Source of the DNA: a virus
Lineage: Duplodnaviria; Caudoviricetes
Virus record (IMG/VR): IMGVR_UViG_3300033004_000003
Coordinates: 1 to 53,646 of that record
DNA: 53,646 nt
Direction: 5' to 3' (one strand)
Part shown: positions 44,012 through 53,039 of the stretch, one piece after another
Position numbering within the stretch: position 1 is the stretch's first letter
Layout of the letters: the number at the start of each line of letters is the position of its first letter
The notes under the pieces: generated by a model
The model's database searches: none
The model's input: only the letters and a program-made list of their open reading frames with translations
Told to the model about the DNA's origin: nothing
Translations under genes and position numbers: made by a program

Positions 44012-44301
44012 GCCACACATGCCAAAGCTGCGGCGGCCAGATCGGGCGCGACTGCTTCAATCCCGGCGAGTGCGCCGGCATCACGGCGCAGATGGCGCAA
44101 CAGGAACATAGCCAGTGGCAACCAATCGAGACCGCGCCGAAAGATACGGCCGTGCTGACCTATGGCTTTGGGTATGAGATTGCGCATTACAACACGGATT
44201 TGGATGCCTGGGTTGCCTGCTGGGACCATCGCCCCATCCGGACGCCTGTAGGATGGATGCCGTTGCCGGAATCACCGATGGCAGATAAGGCCCGGAAATG
44301 A
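44008..44301 (+). CDS. DUF551-like protein
   Basis: WQPIETAPKD...WMPLPESP. Confidence 0.7.
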   Translation: MSHTCQSCGGQIGRDCFNPGECAGITAQMAQQEHSQWQPIETAPKDTAVLTYGFGYEIAHYNTDLDAWVACWDHRPIRTPVGWMPLPESPMADKARK

Positions 44302-44783
44302 GCGCCGTAAACCTAACACAATTCAAATCCCGCATAATCCAGCCGATGCTTAACCTGCTGCCGTCCGTGTGGAACAGCCGGGCGGCGTGTAATATTCTGT
44401 CTTACACATTCCTGGCCGAGAGCAACGGCGGCCAGTTTATCGCGCAGATCGGAGGCGGTCCCGGCACTGGGCCGTTCCAAATGGAGACGGCCACGCACGA
44501 CGACTGCTGGACGAATTACCTGGCGTTCAACCCAGAGCTGGCGCGCGTTGGGCGGTTGCTCGCTTGCGGCGGCGTGCCGAGTGCGACGCAGATGGCTGGG
44601 AATTGGAGCTATGCGGCGTTTATGGCTAGGGTGCGTTATATCCGCAGTCCTCTGGCATTGCCTGCGGCTGGTGACGCGGTTGGCATTGTCACCGCATGGA
44701 AAAATATTTATAACACCGCAGGCGGCGCCGGGGTTATCGACACCGCCCACATCGCGCTGGCCGAACAAGCTATAGCCGCTTAG
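44298..44783 (+). CDS. Lysozyme-like protein, probable endolysin
   Basis: LAES.GG...GGGPGTGPFQMETATHDD.W...ARVRY.R.P..LP...WKNIYNT..GAG. Confidence 0.7.
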   Translation: MSAVNLTQFKSRIIQPMLNLLPSVWNSRAACNILSYTFLAESNGGQFIAQIGGGPGTGPFQMETATHDDCWTNYLAFNPELARVGRLLACGGVPSATQMAGNWSYAAFMARVRYIRSPLALPAAGDAVGIVTAWKNIYNTAGGAGVIDTAHIALAEQAIAA

Positions 44784-44924
44784 CCGCCCGTACCTCGGAC
44801 AAATCCACAATCTCCGCGCTGCGTTTCTCGACGCGGCGCGTATTTTTGTCCCGTATCTCGCGTAAGATCGTCTCTCGCTCGATCATCGGGAGCGCGGCGA
44901 GTTGGGCGAGGGTCATGTTGGGAT

Positions 44925-45200
44925 TCATGGCTTCAACTCCTTGTAGCGGGCGAGGGCGGCTTGCATATTCTCAATCATGCTATCAAGCGGGATTGTCCCA
45001 TTCTCAAAATGCGCCAGAGCCTCGGCAAGAAAATCGGCGAGTTCATCTGCGCCGGTTACGCGCAGGGCGGTGGTGAGCGTTTCGCCAGCAAGACGCGAGA
45101 AGTTATCCTTGAACCAAAAATCAGGCATTTGCCCTTCATTGGTTGACACGCACACAATCTCCGCCGCCGCCTCCAGCCGCTTGTCTTTCAGTTCAGTCAT
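44925..45200 (-). CDS. Hypothetical protein
   Basis: Member of leftward coupled gene run. Confidence 0.55.
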   Translation of the reverse strand: MTELKDKRLEAAAEIVCVSTNEGQMPDFWFKDNFSRLAGETLTTALRVTGADELADFLAEALAHFENGTIPLDSMIENMQAALARYKELKP

Positions 45201-45642
45201 GGCGGATTACCTTAAGCGGCTGGGCGGGGACGATGGTGAAGCCTGCGGCGTCGAGCGCGATCAGCAGTCCTTGCCGAAGACCTTTGTCATACGGATCATC
45301 AGATTCATCCACGCTTCGCATCTGGTATTCACCTTCGCGGCGCAGGGAGTTTAGCGCTTGCTCGGCTTTCCTAGCCCGTTCCTTACAGTGGGCTACGTCA
45401 TCACCAAGGCGCCTCATGGCATCCGCGACTTGCTCGGCAAACTGGGGCGCCAACAATTCGCGGGCGCGGCGGGCAGTTTTAATCCACAGCTTTCCGAATT
45501 GAGAGCCTGGAAGACCTTTGTCGTATTCGTTGAAAACATTCACCAGCTCCGCCGCAAGCGCCTCATCCGTAAGCACCAGCCTTTCACCGGCTTGGGGTTT
45601 CGAATCGGCCAATGCGCCAGCCTCGTCAAATTCGATTTTCAT
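45193..45642 (-). CDS. Hypothetical protein
   Basis: AAGGAG RBS; coupled. Confidence 0.6.
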   Translation of the reverse strand: MKIEFDEAGALADSKPQAGERLVLTDEALAAELVNVFNEYDKGLPGSQFGKLWIKTARRARELLAPQFAEQVADAMRRLGDDVAHCKERARKAEQALNSLRREGEYQMRSVDESDDPYDKGLRQGLLIALDAAGFTIVPAQPLKVIRHD

Positions 45643-45751
45643 TTCTCATCTCCTTTCGGTTCATCGCCAGGCGCCCAAGAGGCGCGTTTCTTGGCGTGCA
45701 TTTTGTCGCGTAGCCGCTCGATCTCGTGGATCAAGGCGGTGATTTCGTCGG

Positions 45752-46177
45752 TCATTTGTCCTTCACGCTAAACGGCGTGTTGCCGCACATCTCCCCGGCG
45801 CGGGCGCAAGCGCCGGCGCTGTACGCGTCGATGTCGCCCTGGATGAACCCCTGGCTGCGCAGCATCGTACGGGTGCATTCCGCATGCTCGTCGGTGAGTT
45901 CGATGATGGCGAGGGCCATGCGGCGGATCATCGCGTTTTTCTGCGCGGGGACGTAGGCGCGAATTGCCGCCTCGGCCTTGTCGATCATTTCGGCGAAGGT
46001 GCCGCCTTCAATCTTCGCGATTGATGAGCTTGTCGCAACGTCCAAGCAAACGTTTATTCTGGGCTCTCCGCAATAGCTCCAGAAATTCAGAGACACGTTG
46101 CATGTGCCGCCAAGGATGGCGGCAAGCCGCTTCAGTTCGGCTTGGATGCCAGCAGGCGTCGTCAAATCGATTTTCAT
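45752..46177 (-). CDS. Hypothetical protein
   Basis: IRRMALAIIELTD motif; coupled run. Confidence 0.65.
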   Translation of the reverse strand: MKIDLTTPAGIQAELKRLAAILGGTCNVSLNFWSYCGEPRINVCLDVATSSSIAKIEGGTFAEMIDKAEAAIRAYVPAQKNAMIRRMALAIIELTDEHAECTRTMLRSQGFIQGDIDAYSAGACARAGEMCGNTPFSVKDK

Positions 46178-46190
46178 TGTCTTGTTCCAG

Positions 46191-46421
46191 TCAGTTAAAG
46201 ATCAAAAGAGCCACAACCGGCGCGCACATAACTAGCAACGCCGCTACAAACCACCCGGCCCTATCCAGCGCCGTTACCGTACGCCCGGCATAAACGCCAT
46301 ACCGCGCGGCGGGGATAGACGCGGCGATGACGTGCAGCAGCCAGTCCAGCGCCATGGGGATAGAGACCAGGATAGCGCCGGACACCAACGGATGGGCGTC
46401 AAGGAATTGCCACCAGGTCAT
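46191..46421 (-). CDS. Small two-TM membrane protein
   Basis: [11 protein letters not shown]...; two hydrophobic segments. Confidence 0.55.
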   Translation of the reverse strand: MTWWQFLDAHPLVSGAILVSIPMALDWLLHVIAASIPAARYGVYAGRTVTALDRAGWFVAALLVMCAPVVALLIFN

Positions 46422-47029
46422 GTGTTGTCTTCCATCCCAGAGGCAATTTCCACGCCGCGACCAGCCGAAGCGGCAAGCGACAACAGCGCATCCTTGTGCG
46501 CCTTCCAAAAATTAGCCGATCGCAGGCCGTCCATCTGTGCGATACGTCTATCGTCAAAATCGCGCCATTCAGAGAGTACGTGCAGCTCACAGCCGATCTG
46601 CATGTGGTCGTCCAGGATCGTCACAGAATAATCAAGGCCGTAAAGCTGCAGCGGGCGCTTATTGATAATGATGCCATCGCTCCACTTGGCGTTCGCGAGG
46701 TAGGCGCCCGCGAGGTAGGCGCCCGCGAGGTAGGCGCCCGCGAGGTTGGCGCCCACGAGGTAGGCGCCCGCGAGGTTGGCGCCCGCGAGGTTGGCGCCCA
46801 CGAGGTTGGCGTCCGCGAGGTTGGCGTCCGCGAGGTTGGCGCCCACGAGGTTGGCGCTCGCGAGGTTGGCGCCCACGAGGTAGGCGCCCGCGAGGTTGGC
46901 GCCCGCTTCAACTGCCTTCTTCACGGCAAAGCCGAGCTGGAAACGATATTCTTTGCCCGCGACATCGGCGGAAAGTTCGCACTCAAAAATCACTGCGCCG
47001 GTAAAACGGTTTTTAATCTGAAACATCAA
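46418..47029 (-). CDS. Pentapeptide-repeat protein
   Basis: A(N/Y)L(A/V)(G/D/S) repeats encoded by 15-bp tandem repeats; C-terminal IGCELH...W. Confidence 0.9.
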   Translation of the reverse strand: MMFQIKNRFTGAVIFECELSADVAGKEYRFQLGFAVKKAVEAGANLAGAYLVGANLASANLVGANLADANLADANLVGANLAGANLAGAYLVGANLAGAYLAGAYLAGAYLANAKWSDGIIINKRPLQLYGLDYSVTILDDHMQIGCELHVLSEWRDFDDRRIAQMDGLRSANFWKAHKDALLSLAASAGRGVEIASGMEDNT

Positions 47030-47241
47030 ACTTCCTCCTTAACTTCCATCCCAGCGGCAACCCGCCGCAGTTTCACACGCGCCACAGCAGCGCGCATGAG
47101 CAGTTCCAAAGCCGCGCGCTCCATCGGACTGAAATCGTCTGGCGCGTGCATCCGAGCGATCGACAGGTCGCGCTCGAACGCCTCGGCCTCTTCCAGCGCC
47201 TCATCGGCATAGATGCTGGCTATCATGGTGGCGGCGGTCAT
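47026..47241 (-). CDS. Hypothetical protein
   Basis: Coupled on both sides. Confidence 0.55.
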   Translation of the reverse strand: MTAATMIASIYADEALEEAEAFERDLSIARMHAPDDFSPMERAALELLMRAAVARVKLRRVAAGMEVKEEV

Positions 47242-47417
47242 TGTTCGAATACCTTTTCATCTTCGATCTTCCCCAGCAAATCATCAACGGCTTCCTGCTC
47301 AGTCGATCCAAATCCAATCGGGCAACCCACGCCGTCGTAAGTCTCACTGTCAACCGCACTCCAATCGCAGTTACGCGAAGGGATGGGCGGGAAGATGTAA
47401 TTGGTTTGGATTTTCAC
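47238..47417 (-). CDS. Small phage protein
   Basis: Manually translated MKIQTNYIFPPIPSRNCDWSAVDSETYDGVGCPIGFGSTEQEAVDDLL...; fills gap with coupled start and stop. Confidence 0.65.
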   Translation of the reverse strand: MKIQTNYIFPPIPSRNCDWSAVDSETYDGVGCPIGFGSTEQEAVDDLLGKIEDEKVFEQ

Positions 47418-47734
47418 AGCCCCAAACTCCTATCCTTGCGTTCCTCGCGCGCCATATCGGACCACGTATCCTCGGCCTCGCAGACGTGTTCACGCTCGGC
47501 CTCGTCAACATACTCTTCCACGTCCTCCGCGCGCGGGATGCAGCAATCGTGCATCACGTCTTTTACGGCCTGGAGTAGTGTTTCCTGCTTGTCAAAGGTG
47601 TAGCGGAAGTTAAGCCGCCCAAGTTCGGCATAAATCTGCTGTACGAATTCGGCGGATTTCTCGTGGATAAGGCCGAACGTCTCAATATCCGCGTCGCGTA
47701 GGCGTTCGGTGTTGGGTTTGCGGTAGGGTTGCAT
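47414..47734 (-). CDS. Hypothetical protein
   Basis: In leftward operon. Confidence 0.6.
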   Translation of the reverse strand: MQPYRKPNTERLRDADIETFGLIHEKSAEFVQQIYAELGRLNFRYTFDKQETLLQAVKDVMHDCCIPRAEDVEEYVDEAEREHVCEAEDTWSDMAREERKDRSLGL

Positions 47735-47742
47735 TATTTAAC

Positions 47743-48468
47743 CTACTCTGGCTTGCCGTCCACGCCGAGCGTGTACCAAACGTTCGGCTTGATGCCGTCG
47801 CGCCCAACGATCCCGGCCCATGCGTGGATAATGTTCCATTTGTCGTCGCGGTAAACCAGAAATATTGCGCAACCGTCCGCGCCCATCGCTTTTCCATAAC
47901 GGCCAGCCGACATGGCGGCGGACTGGTAGCCCGTGCTGCTGGCGGCGGACTGGTAGCCCGTGCTGCTGGCCGCGGACCGGTCGCCCGTGCTGCTGGCCGC
48001 GGACCAGTCGCCCGTGCTGCTGGCCGCGGACTGGTAGCCCGTGCTGCTGGCGGCGGACTGGTCGCCCGTGCTGCTGGCCGCGGACTGGTAGCCCGTGGCG
48101 TGCTCTGTATTCCCGAGCTTGGCGTGGTCGAAAACCCACTTAACGGCGCGCTGGATCAGATCGTGTAGATGCAACTCAACACCGATTGTGATCTTCGCAG
48201 ACGCGACCTTGCTATCGGCGTCGTGACGCGCAAGCTGGCCGCTCTGCTTCACCTCGGCATAACGGCTGATGCCCGGCGCATAATATCCAAACACTTCCAG
48301 CGGATGGCCTTCGATAGCGTGAAAGCCATTCTGGCAGGCGACAATATCGCCGGGCTGCTCGTAGGTCTTGCCGACCTCAAACTGGAAATCTCGGCATTTC
48401 AGGTCTTTGTCAAATCCCTTGATCGAGTTAACAATCTCTTCAGTCGCGGTCTTGTTGTCTTCGGTCAT
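47743..48468 (-). CDS. Protein with KGFDKDLKCR/GFH N-domain and 9-aa SAASSTGxx repeats
   Basis: KGFDKDLKCRDFQFEVGKTY...CQNGFHA; 27-bp tandem repeats; DGIKPNVWYTL end. Confidence 0.85.
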   Translation of the reverse strand: MTEDNKTATEEIVNSIKGFDKDLKCRDFQFEVGKTYEQPGDIVACQNGFHAIEGHPLEVFGYYAPGISRYAEVKQSGQLARHDADSKVASAKITIGVELHLHDLIQRAVKWVFDHAKLGNTEHATGYQSAASSTGDQSAASSTGYQSAASSTGDWSAASSTGDRSAASSTGYQSAASSTGYQSAAMSAGRYGKAMGADGCAIFLVYRDDKWNIIHAWAGIVGRDGIKPNVWYTLGVDGKPE

Positions 48469-48496
48469 CGTCTCTCACCGTGGTTGATGAAACGAA

Positions 48497-48566
48497 CATT
48501 ATGCCAAACAAAAAACGATTGCAAGAGCGCAAATAGCATTGACGCAATCTTTTGGCATGGTAGGAT
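48497..48566. promoter_or_regulatory. Divergent promoter region (early switch)
   Basis: + TTGACG-N16-TAGGAT; - TTGCAA...CATAAT. Confidence 0.6.
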
Positions 48567-48572
48567 AAGAGC

Positions 48573-48767
48573 ATGGACAATATCTTATCCCCATATGCAC
48601 TACAGCAGCTTGCCAAGGATAACGGGCGCAAAATCGCCGAATGTTGCCACGAGGCGGGTATTTCTTTCACCACTTTCTGGCGCTGGAAAGAGCGGGGCGC
48701 GAAAATCAGCCTCGAAAACTACCAGCGCTTGCTGGCCGCCGCTAGCCGGAAGATCGTTAAGGATTAA
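48573..48767 (+). CDS. Cro/XRE-like HTH regulator
   Basis: KIAECCHEAGISFTTFWRWK. Confidence 0.75.
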   Translation: MDNILSPYALQQLAKDNGRKIAECCHEAGISFTTFWRWKERGAKISLENYQRLLAAASRKIVKD

Positions 48768-48779
48768 CAGGAGATAGTA

Positions 48780-48965
48780 ATGTTTTGGACGAAAACCAAG
48801 GTTTGTGTGTACGCAGCGTCTGTACTCTTCAATATACTTACGTATCTAAAGGACAGAAATGAGATCAAAGTTTTCATTGCTAGCATAGCTCTGGGGCTTT
48901 TCCTGCTGAGCTACATGGAATGGGCCGAAGCGCCCACGCCCAGCGACGAATCTGCCAACAAATAA
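48780..48965 (+). CDS. Small two-TM protein
   Basis: AGGAG RBS; two hydrophobic segments. Confidence 0.55.
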   Translation: MFWTKTKVCVYAASVLFNILTYLKDRNEIKVFIASIALGLFLLSYMEWAEAPTPSDESANK

Positions 48966-48988
48966 CCACCAACACTCAGGAGCAAAAC

Positions 48989-49273
48989 ATGGAAAAAATC
49001 AACGTAACCGAATTGGCCAGCCATCTCATCACCAAGAAGCGCGACGATTTAAGCGTGCGCCAGCTCGCCGTGCTGATGGCGTGCAAACTCGCCAAGCAAA
49101 CCGTGCGCGGCCTGGCTGAGCGGTTTAACCTGCACAAGCCGGCGATCACCCGTGCGGCGGATAAGCTGGAGGAACTGGGCTTTATCGTCCGCGCCAAAGA
49201 CCCCAGTGACGGGCGCTCTGTGCTGCTGTCGATTACGGCGGATGGGCGGAAGTTCAGTAGGGATTTTGTGTGA
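48989..49273 (+). CDS. MarR-family winged-helix regulator
   Basis: DLSVRQLAVL...TVRGLAERFNLHKPAITRAADKLEELGFIVRAKDPSDGRSVL. Confidence 0.85.
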   Translation: MEKINVTELASHLITKKRDDLSVRQLAVLMACKLAKQTVRGLAERFNLHKPAITRAADKLEELGFIVRAKDPSDGRSVLLSITADGRKFSRDFV

Positions 49274-49773
49274 TGCCCAGCCAATGGCAGATTGACCAGG
49301 CGCTGTCCTGCGTAGCTGCGCTACGCCACCGTGAGGCAGCGGGAGATGACGACACGTTCCTCATGGAGCGCATTGACGAGGCGGAAACTGACGTGTTCGC
49401 GTTGTTGCGTTCCGTGGTTCTGGCCGTGCAGGAAAACGAGGCTCTGGCCGGTTCCGTGGCAGAGCGCATTAAGTCCCTGACTGAGCGCAAAGACCGCTTC
49501 ACACGCCGCGCGGAAAGCCTGCGCGGCACCGCTTTGGCGATGATGGATGCGTTGGATATCACGAAACACCAAGCGGCGGAGTTTACGATCAGCGTTGGCA
49601 AGCCGCGCGCTGGGCTGCTGATTACGGATGAGGATGCAATTCCGGCTGAGTATATGCGCGTAAAGTCGGAGCCGGATAAGAAGAAAATTCTCGACGATTT
49701 GAAAGAAGGTGTCTGCATCACTGGGGCCGTGTTGGCCAATAGCATGCCGAGCCTAACCGTGAGGAGCAAATAA
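49270..49773 (+). CDS. Siphovirus Gp157-like protein
   Basis: ITDEDAIPAEY....EPDKKKI...LKEG..ITGA.L...SLTVR. Confidence 0.8.
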   Translation: MMPSQWQIDQALSCVAALRHREAAGDDDTFLMERIDEAETDVFALLRSVVLAVQENEALAGSVAERIKSLTERKDRFTRRAESLRGTALAMMDALDITKHQAAEFTISVGKPRAGLLITDEDAIPAEYMRVKSEPDKKKILDDLKEGVCITGAVLANSMPSLTVRSK

Positions 49774-49774
49774 C

Positions 49775-50596
49775 GTGAGCGTCACCATTTCCAAGCCCAC
49801 TAACAACATGGTCCTGCGCCCGCAGTCGTTCGCGGAACTGAGCCAATTCGCCCAGATGGCGGCTAAGTCGGCTCTCGTGCCACGCGATTACCAGGGCAAG
49901 CCTGAAAATGTGATGCTGGCCGTGCAGATGGGCAGCGAAGTCGGTCTGGCGCCAATGCAGGCGCTGCAGAACATCGCCGTTGTCAATGGCCGCCCCGCGA
50001 TCTGGGGTGATGCGATGCTCGGGCTGGTCAAGGCATCTGGCCTACTCACCGACATCATCGAGACGATCGAAGGCGAAGGCGACGCCATGACCGCGATCTG
50101 CACGGTCAAGCGCGCCAATTCTTCTCCGGTCACAGTGTCGTTTTCCGTGGCCGACGCGAAGAAGGCCGGGCTTTGGGGTAAACAGGGACCGTGGACGCAA
50201 TACCCGCGCCGGATGCTCCAGATGCGTGCTCGCGGTTTCGCGTGCCGCGATGGGTTTCCCGACGTGCTCAAGGGCCTGATCAGCGCGGAGGAGGCGCAGG
50301 ATATCCCCACGAACGCGCCGGAGCAGACGGGGCGGATTATCGACGTTGAGACGGAACAGCCGAAGGCCGAGCCGCGCAAGCCGACGTGGAGGGAATGGAT
50401 CGGCGCGCTTCATGCTGACATCGAGAACGCGAAAGATCGTGAAGCCGTGACGTCGATCATGTGGCGTGCGGATGTGCAACGCGCGTTTGCCGCCGTGACC
50501 GGCGACAAGGCTGACGAACTGCAAAAGCTGCAGGATATGGCCGACGCGAAGTTCCCGCCGCCCGAAGAAGCCGATTTCGCAGAGGAATCGCCTTGA
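49775..50596 (+). CDS. RecT-like single-strand annealing recombinase
   Basis: LVPRDYQGKPEN...GSEVGLAPMQALQNIAVVNGRP...AKKAGLWGK.GPW..YPRRML..RAR.FA.RD.FPDVLKG. Confidence 0.8.
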   Translation: MSVTISKPTNNMVLRPQSFAELSQFAQMAAKSALVPRDYQGKPENVMLAVQMGSEVGLAPMQALQNIAVVNGRPAIWGDAMLGLVKASGLLTDIIETIEGEGDAMTAICTVKRANSSPVTVSFSVADAKKAGLWGKQGPWTQYPRRMLQMRARGFACRDGFPDVLKGLISAEEAQDIPTNAPEQTGRIIDVETEQPKAEPRKPTWREWIGALHADIENAKDREAVTSIMWRADVQRAFAAVTGDKADELQKLQDMADAKFPPPEEADFAEESP

Positions 50597-50705
50597 ACCC
50601 CTTCGTTTTCCTGCCGCCGATGGTGCGGCAAACCGTGCGCTGGGAGTGGCAACCCAGCGCGTTCGGATGGCTGCTGGTGCCGGTTATGGTTTGGAGTTTG
50701 GCGAA

Positions 50706-50813
50706 TTGATCATATCACCAGATTATGCGGAGTTTCTGTCCACCAAGGCTCCACGTCCGCAATCTTGCGGCTTTGAGCCTAGTCCGATGCATGATGAGCT
50801 ATTTGATATTTAA
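50706..50813 (+). pseudogene. 5' remnant of phage SNF2-like helicase
   Basis: DYAEFLSTKAPRPQSCGFEPSPMHDELFD then stop; resembles N-termini that normally continue LFDFQ. Confidence 0.5.
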
Positions 50814-50828
50814 ATAAATCATCCAAGA

Positions 50829-50856
50829 GGCGGCGTTTTATGGCGCCGCCCCTTTT
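50829..50856 (+). terminator. Possible intrinsic terminator
   Basis: GGCGGCG...CGCCGCC stem followed by CCTTTT. Confidence 0.5.
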
Positions 50857-50896
50857 GCTACTTGAACAAGCTTTAATAATATGGCAAAGTGACGTA

Positions 50897-51091
50897 ATGG
50901 ATGCTATCGAAGTGATGCTATTATTGAATAAGGCCGTTCGCGATGCTGGATCACAAAAGGCATTTGCCGAACAGTGTGGGATTTCACAACAGTTTTTGCA
51001 TGACGTTCTGAACGCGAGGCGGGCACCGTCAGAAAAAATACTTTCGGTTATTGGCATACGGAAAGTCGTTAGGTTTGAGAGTGTCAAATGA
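50897..51091 (+). CDS. HTH regulator (paralog of 52091-52303)
   Basis: AGSQKAFAEQCGISQQFLHDVLNARRAP. Confidence 0.75.
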   Translation: MDAIEVMLLLNKAVRDAGSQKAFAEQCGISQQFLHDVLNARRAPSEKILSVIGIRKVVRFESVK

Positions 51092-51876
51092 TATCTGATA
51101 TTGAAAATCATTATCTTAACCTTCAAAGGCCTAGGAAATATCGTCCGGCAGAAGAGCTGCCACGCCATATTTACATGCTAGTTGATCCGTTTACCGATGA
51201 AATAAGATACGTCGGAAAAGCCGTTTATCCGAAAGATCGGCTAAAAGATCATCTGAAAGATACTAGCAACACTCACAAAGTACATTGGATTCAGTCTGTC
51301 ATTCGCAAGGGCGCGGTTCCCATTATGGTTCTTTTAGAGACCATAGAGGGAAGCGCAGATTGGACTTGGCAAGAAGCAGAAAAACGCTGGATCGCAAAGT
51401 TTAGGGCGATGGGCGCTCGTCTCGTTAATTCCACAGACGGCGGTGATGGGGTAGAAAATATAGCCCCTGAATCCAAAGAGAAAATGCTTAAGACATGGAC
51501 TGGACGAAAGCATACGACCGAGACAAAGAAAAAGATTAGCGCGTACAGGAAAACATGGAAAGCATCTGCTGAAACGCGAGCAGCTATGAGTGCAGCTCAT
51601 ACAGGACGCGAAATAACATGGGGAAATAAAATCTCTGAAGCCACGAGAAAGCTATCTGAAGAACAATGCAACTCTATTCGTCTTAAGAAGATGAGCGGAG
51701 AGAAAATCTCTGATATCGCTCAAGAGTTTGGGGTTCACAAAGACACGATTAGAAAAGTTATAAAAGGAACCTACTTTATGAAGGAAAAAGACAGGCTTGC
51801 GAACCGCCGAAAAGCCGTGAAGCATCTGACTGCATATAGCCAAAACGCGATAGACCTGTTCTCGGTGGCATCATGA
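51088..51876 (+). CDS. Free-standing GIY-YIG homing endonuclease with NUMOD3-like repeats and C-terminal HTH
   Basis: HIYMLVDP...IRYVGKA...RLKDH...AEKRWI...NSTDGGDG; GRKHTTETKKKIS; IAQEFGVHKDTIRKV. Confidence 0.9.
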   Translation: MISDIENHYLNLQRPRKYRPAEELPRHIYMLVDPFTDEIRYVGKAVYPKDRLKDHLKDTSNTHKVHWIQSVIRKGAVPIMVLLETIEGSADWTWQEAEKRWIAKFRAMGARLVNSTDGGDGVENIAPESKEKMLKTWTGRKHTTETKKKISAYRKTWKASAETRAAMSAAHTGREITWGNKISEATRKLSEEQCNSIRLKKMSGEKISDIAQEFGVHKDTIRKVIKGTYFMKEKDRLANRRKAVKHLTAYSQNAIDLFSVAS

Positions 51877-52094
51877 CCCAACGCCAGCGCGTCTTATCCG
51901 TCATCGCCGACGCAATGGCGGCCAACGAACCAATGCCCGTTTACAAGGTCATCGCGTTTCGCGCTGGCCTCAGTTTGACCAACACGGCAAAATACATCGC
52001 CTGGATGCGGAACAGGGGGAAACTGGTCACGCATGGAACGCGGATTATGGAGCTTCGACTTAGTGCCAACGAGGCTAAAGTGGTGCTGGCGTGA
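51873..52094 (+). CDS. Small winged-helix-like protein
   Basis: MTQRQRVL...P.YKVIA...GLS. Confidence 0.6.
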   Translation: MTQRQRVLSVIADAMAANEPMPVYKVIAFRAGLSLTNTAKYIAWMRNRGKLVTHGTRIMELRLSANEAKVVLA

Positions 52095-52303
52095 GTGACG
52101 CATCCCCCCTTAACCTGTTGCAGTTATACACTGAATTGCGTACAGCTATAAGGCAAGCTGGGGATCAGAAGAAATTCTGCCAGCAACACGGCCTATCAGA
52201 ATCCATCTTGTCTGATACGCTTAATGCAAGACGAGACCCAGGGCCAGCGCTGCTTAAGGCGCTGGGGTATGAGAAAATATCAATGTATCGGAGGCTTCAG
52301 TGA
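52091..52303 (+). CDS. HTH regulator
   Basis: AGDQKKFCQQHGLSESILSDTLNARRDPGP. Confidence 0.75.
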   Translation: MSDASPLNLLQLYTELRTAIRQAGDQKKFCQQHGLSESILSDTLNARRDPGPALLKALGYEKISMYRRLQ

Positions 52304-52563
52304 ACGAAACTGCACAACAAGGACACAATTCCGGCAACGTCGCGGGCGAGCGCCTGCGGTCAGTCATCGAGAGATGGGAAAGACTTGAAGAGGAAAAGAA
52401 GGCTTTGTCCAGCGACCAGAAGGACATAATGGCAGAAGCCAAGAGCGCGGGTTATGATTGCAAAGTCATCCGCCAGCTTATCCGCATTCGCGCGCAAGAC
52501 CCCGGCGAGTTTAGCGATCAGGAACAGTTACTCCACGTTTATATGTCGGCGATTGGGATGTAA
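52300..52563 (+). CDS. gapR: GapR (DUF2312) nucleoid-associated protein
   Basis: GHNS...AGERLRSVIER.ERLEEEKKALSSD.KDI.AEAKSAGYD.KVIRQLIRIR...LL.VY..AIGM. Confidence 0.92.
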   Translation: MNETAQQGHNSGNVAGERLRSVIERWERLEEEKKALSSDQKDIMAEAKSAGYDCKVIRQLIRIRAQDPGEFSDQEQLLHVYMSAIGM

Positions 52564-53039
52564 TGATGGATTTTTCTGACATACCACAGACGCCGGCCAA
52601 AAGACGCCGCAAACGCGCCACAACACAGGAATTCCTCGACAAGTACGCAAAGCCGCGAAAAAAGCCAGAGCGCAAAGAAGATAAGCTGCATGAGCAAGTC
52701 GCCAAGCTGCTTACGGCGGTTATCGCCAAGCCTGGCGTAGCAAGCGCAGACCATGTGCTATGGTATAGCGTGGAGACACGGGCGAGGCGCTCCATGCGAG
52801 AGGGTGCGGCGAACAAAAAGCGCGGATGCATCCGAGGCGTTCCGGACATTGATATATATTATGGCGGGCGCGCCTATAAGATCGAGCTCAAGGCGCCGGG
52901 TGGCGTGGTGAGCGATGCTCAGGATGAATTGCACATACAGCTAGAGCTGGCCGGAGTGTCGAACGCCATAGCGCGTTCTATAGATGATGTGCTGCATTCC
53001 CTCGCGTTTTGGCGAATTCCGCACCGGTGGATTGCATGA
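52563..53039 (+). CDS. VRR-NUC (PD-(D/E)XK) nuclease
   Basis: EDKLH...GVPDI...IELKAPGGVVSDAQ...ARSIDDV. Confidence 0.85.
   Translation: MMDFSDIPQTPAKRRRKRATTQEFLDKYAKPRKKPERKEDKLHEQVAKLLTAVIAKPGVASADHVLWYSVETRARRSMREGAANKKRGCIRGVPDIDIYYGGRAYKIELKAPGGVVSDAQDELHIQLELAGVSNAIARSIDDVLHSLAFWRIPHRWIA

Noticed and set aside
46496-47212. 238-aa plus-strand ORF with EVGAR repeats
   Set aside because: Antisense shadow of the pentapeptide-repeat gene
47738-48168. Alternative-frame repeat ORFs (RGQQHG, ARAAG)
   Set aside because: By-products of the 27-bp tandem repeat
50814-51876. Group I intron hosting the GIY-YIG gene
   Set aside because: No intron core recognised, almost no non-coding space, and the flanks do not rejoin into a full gene
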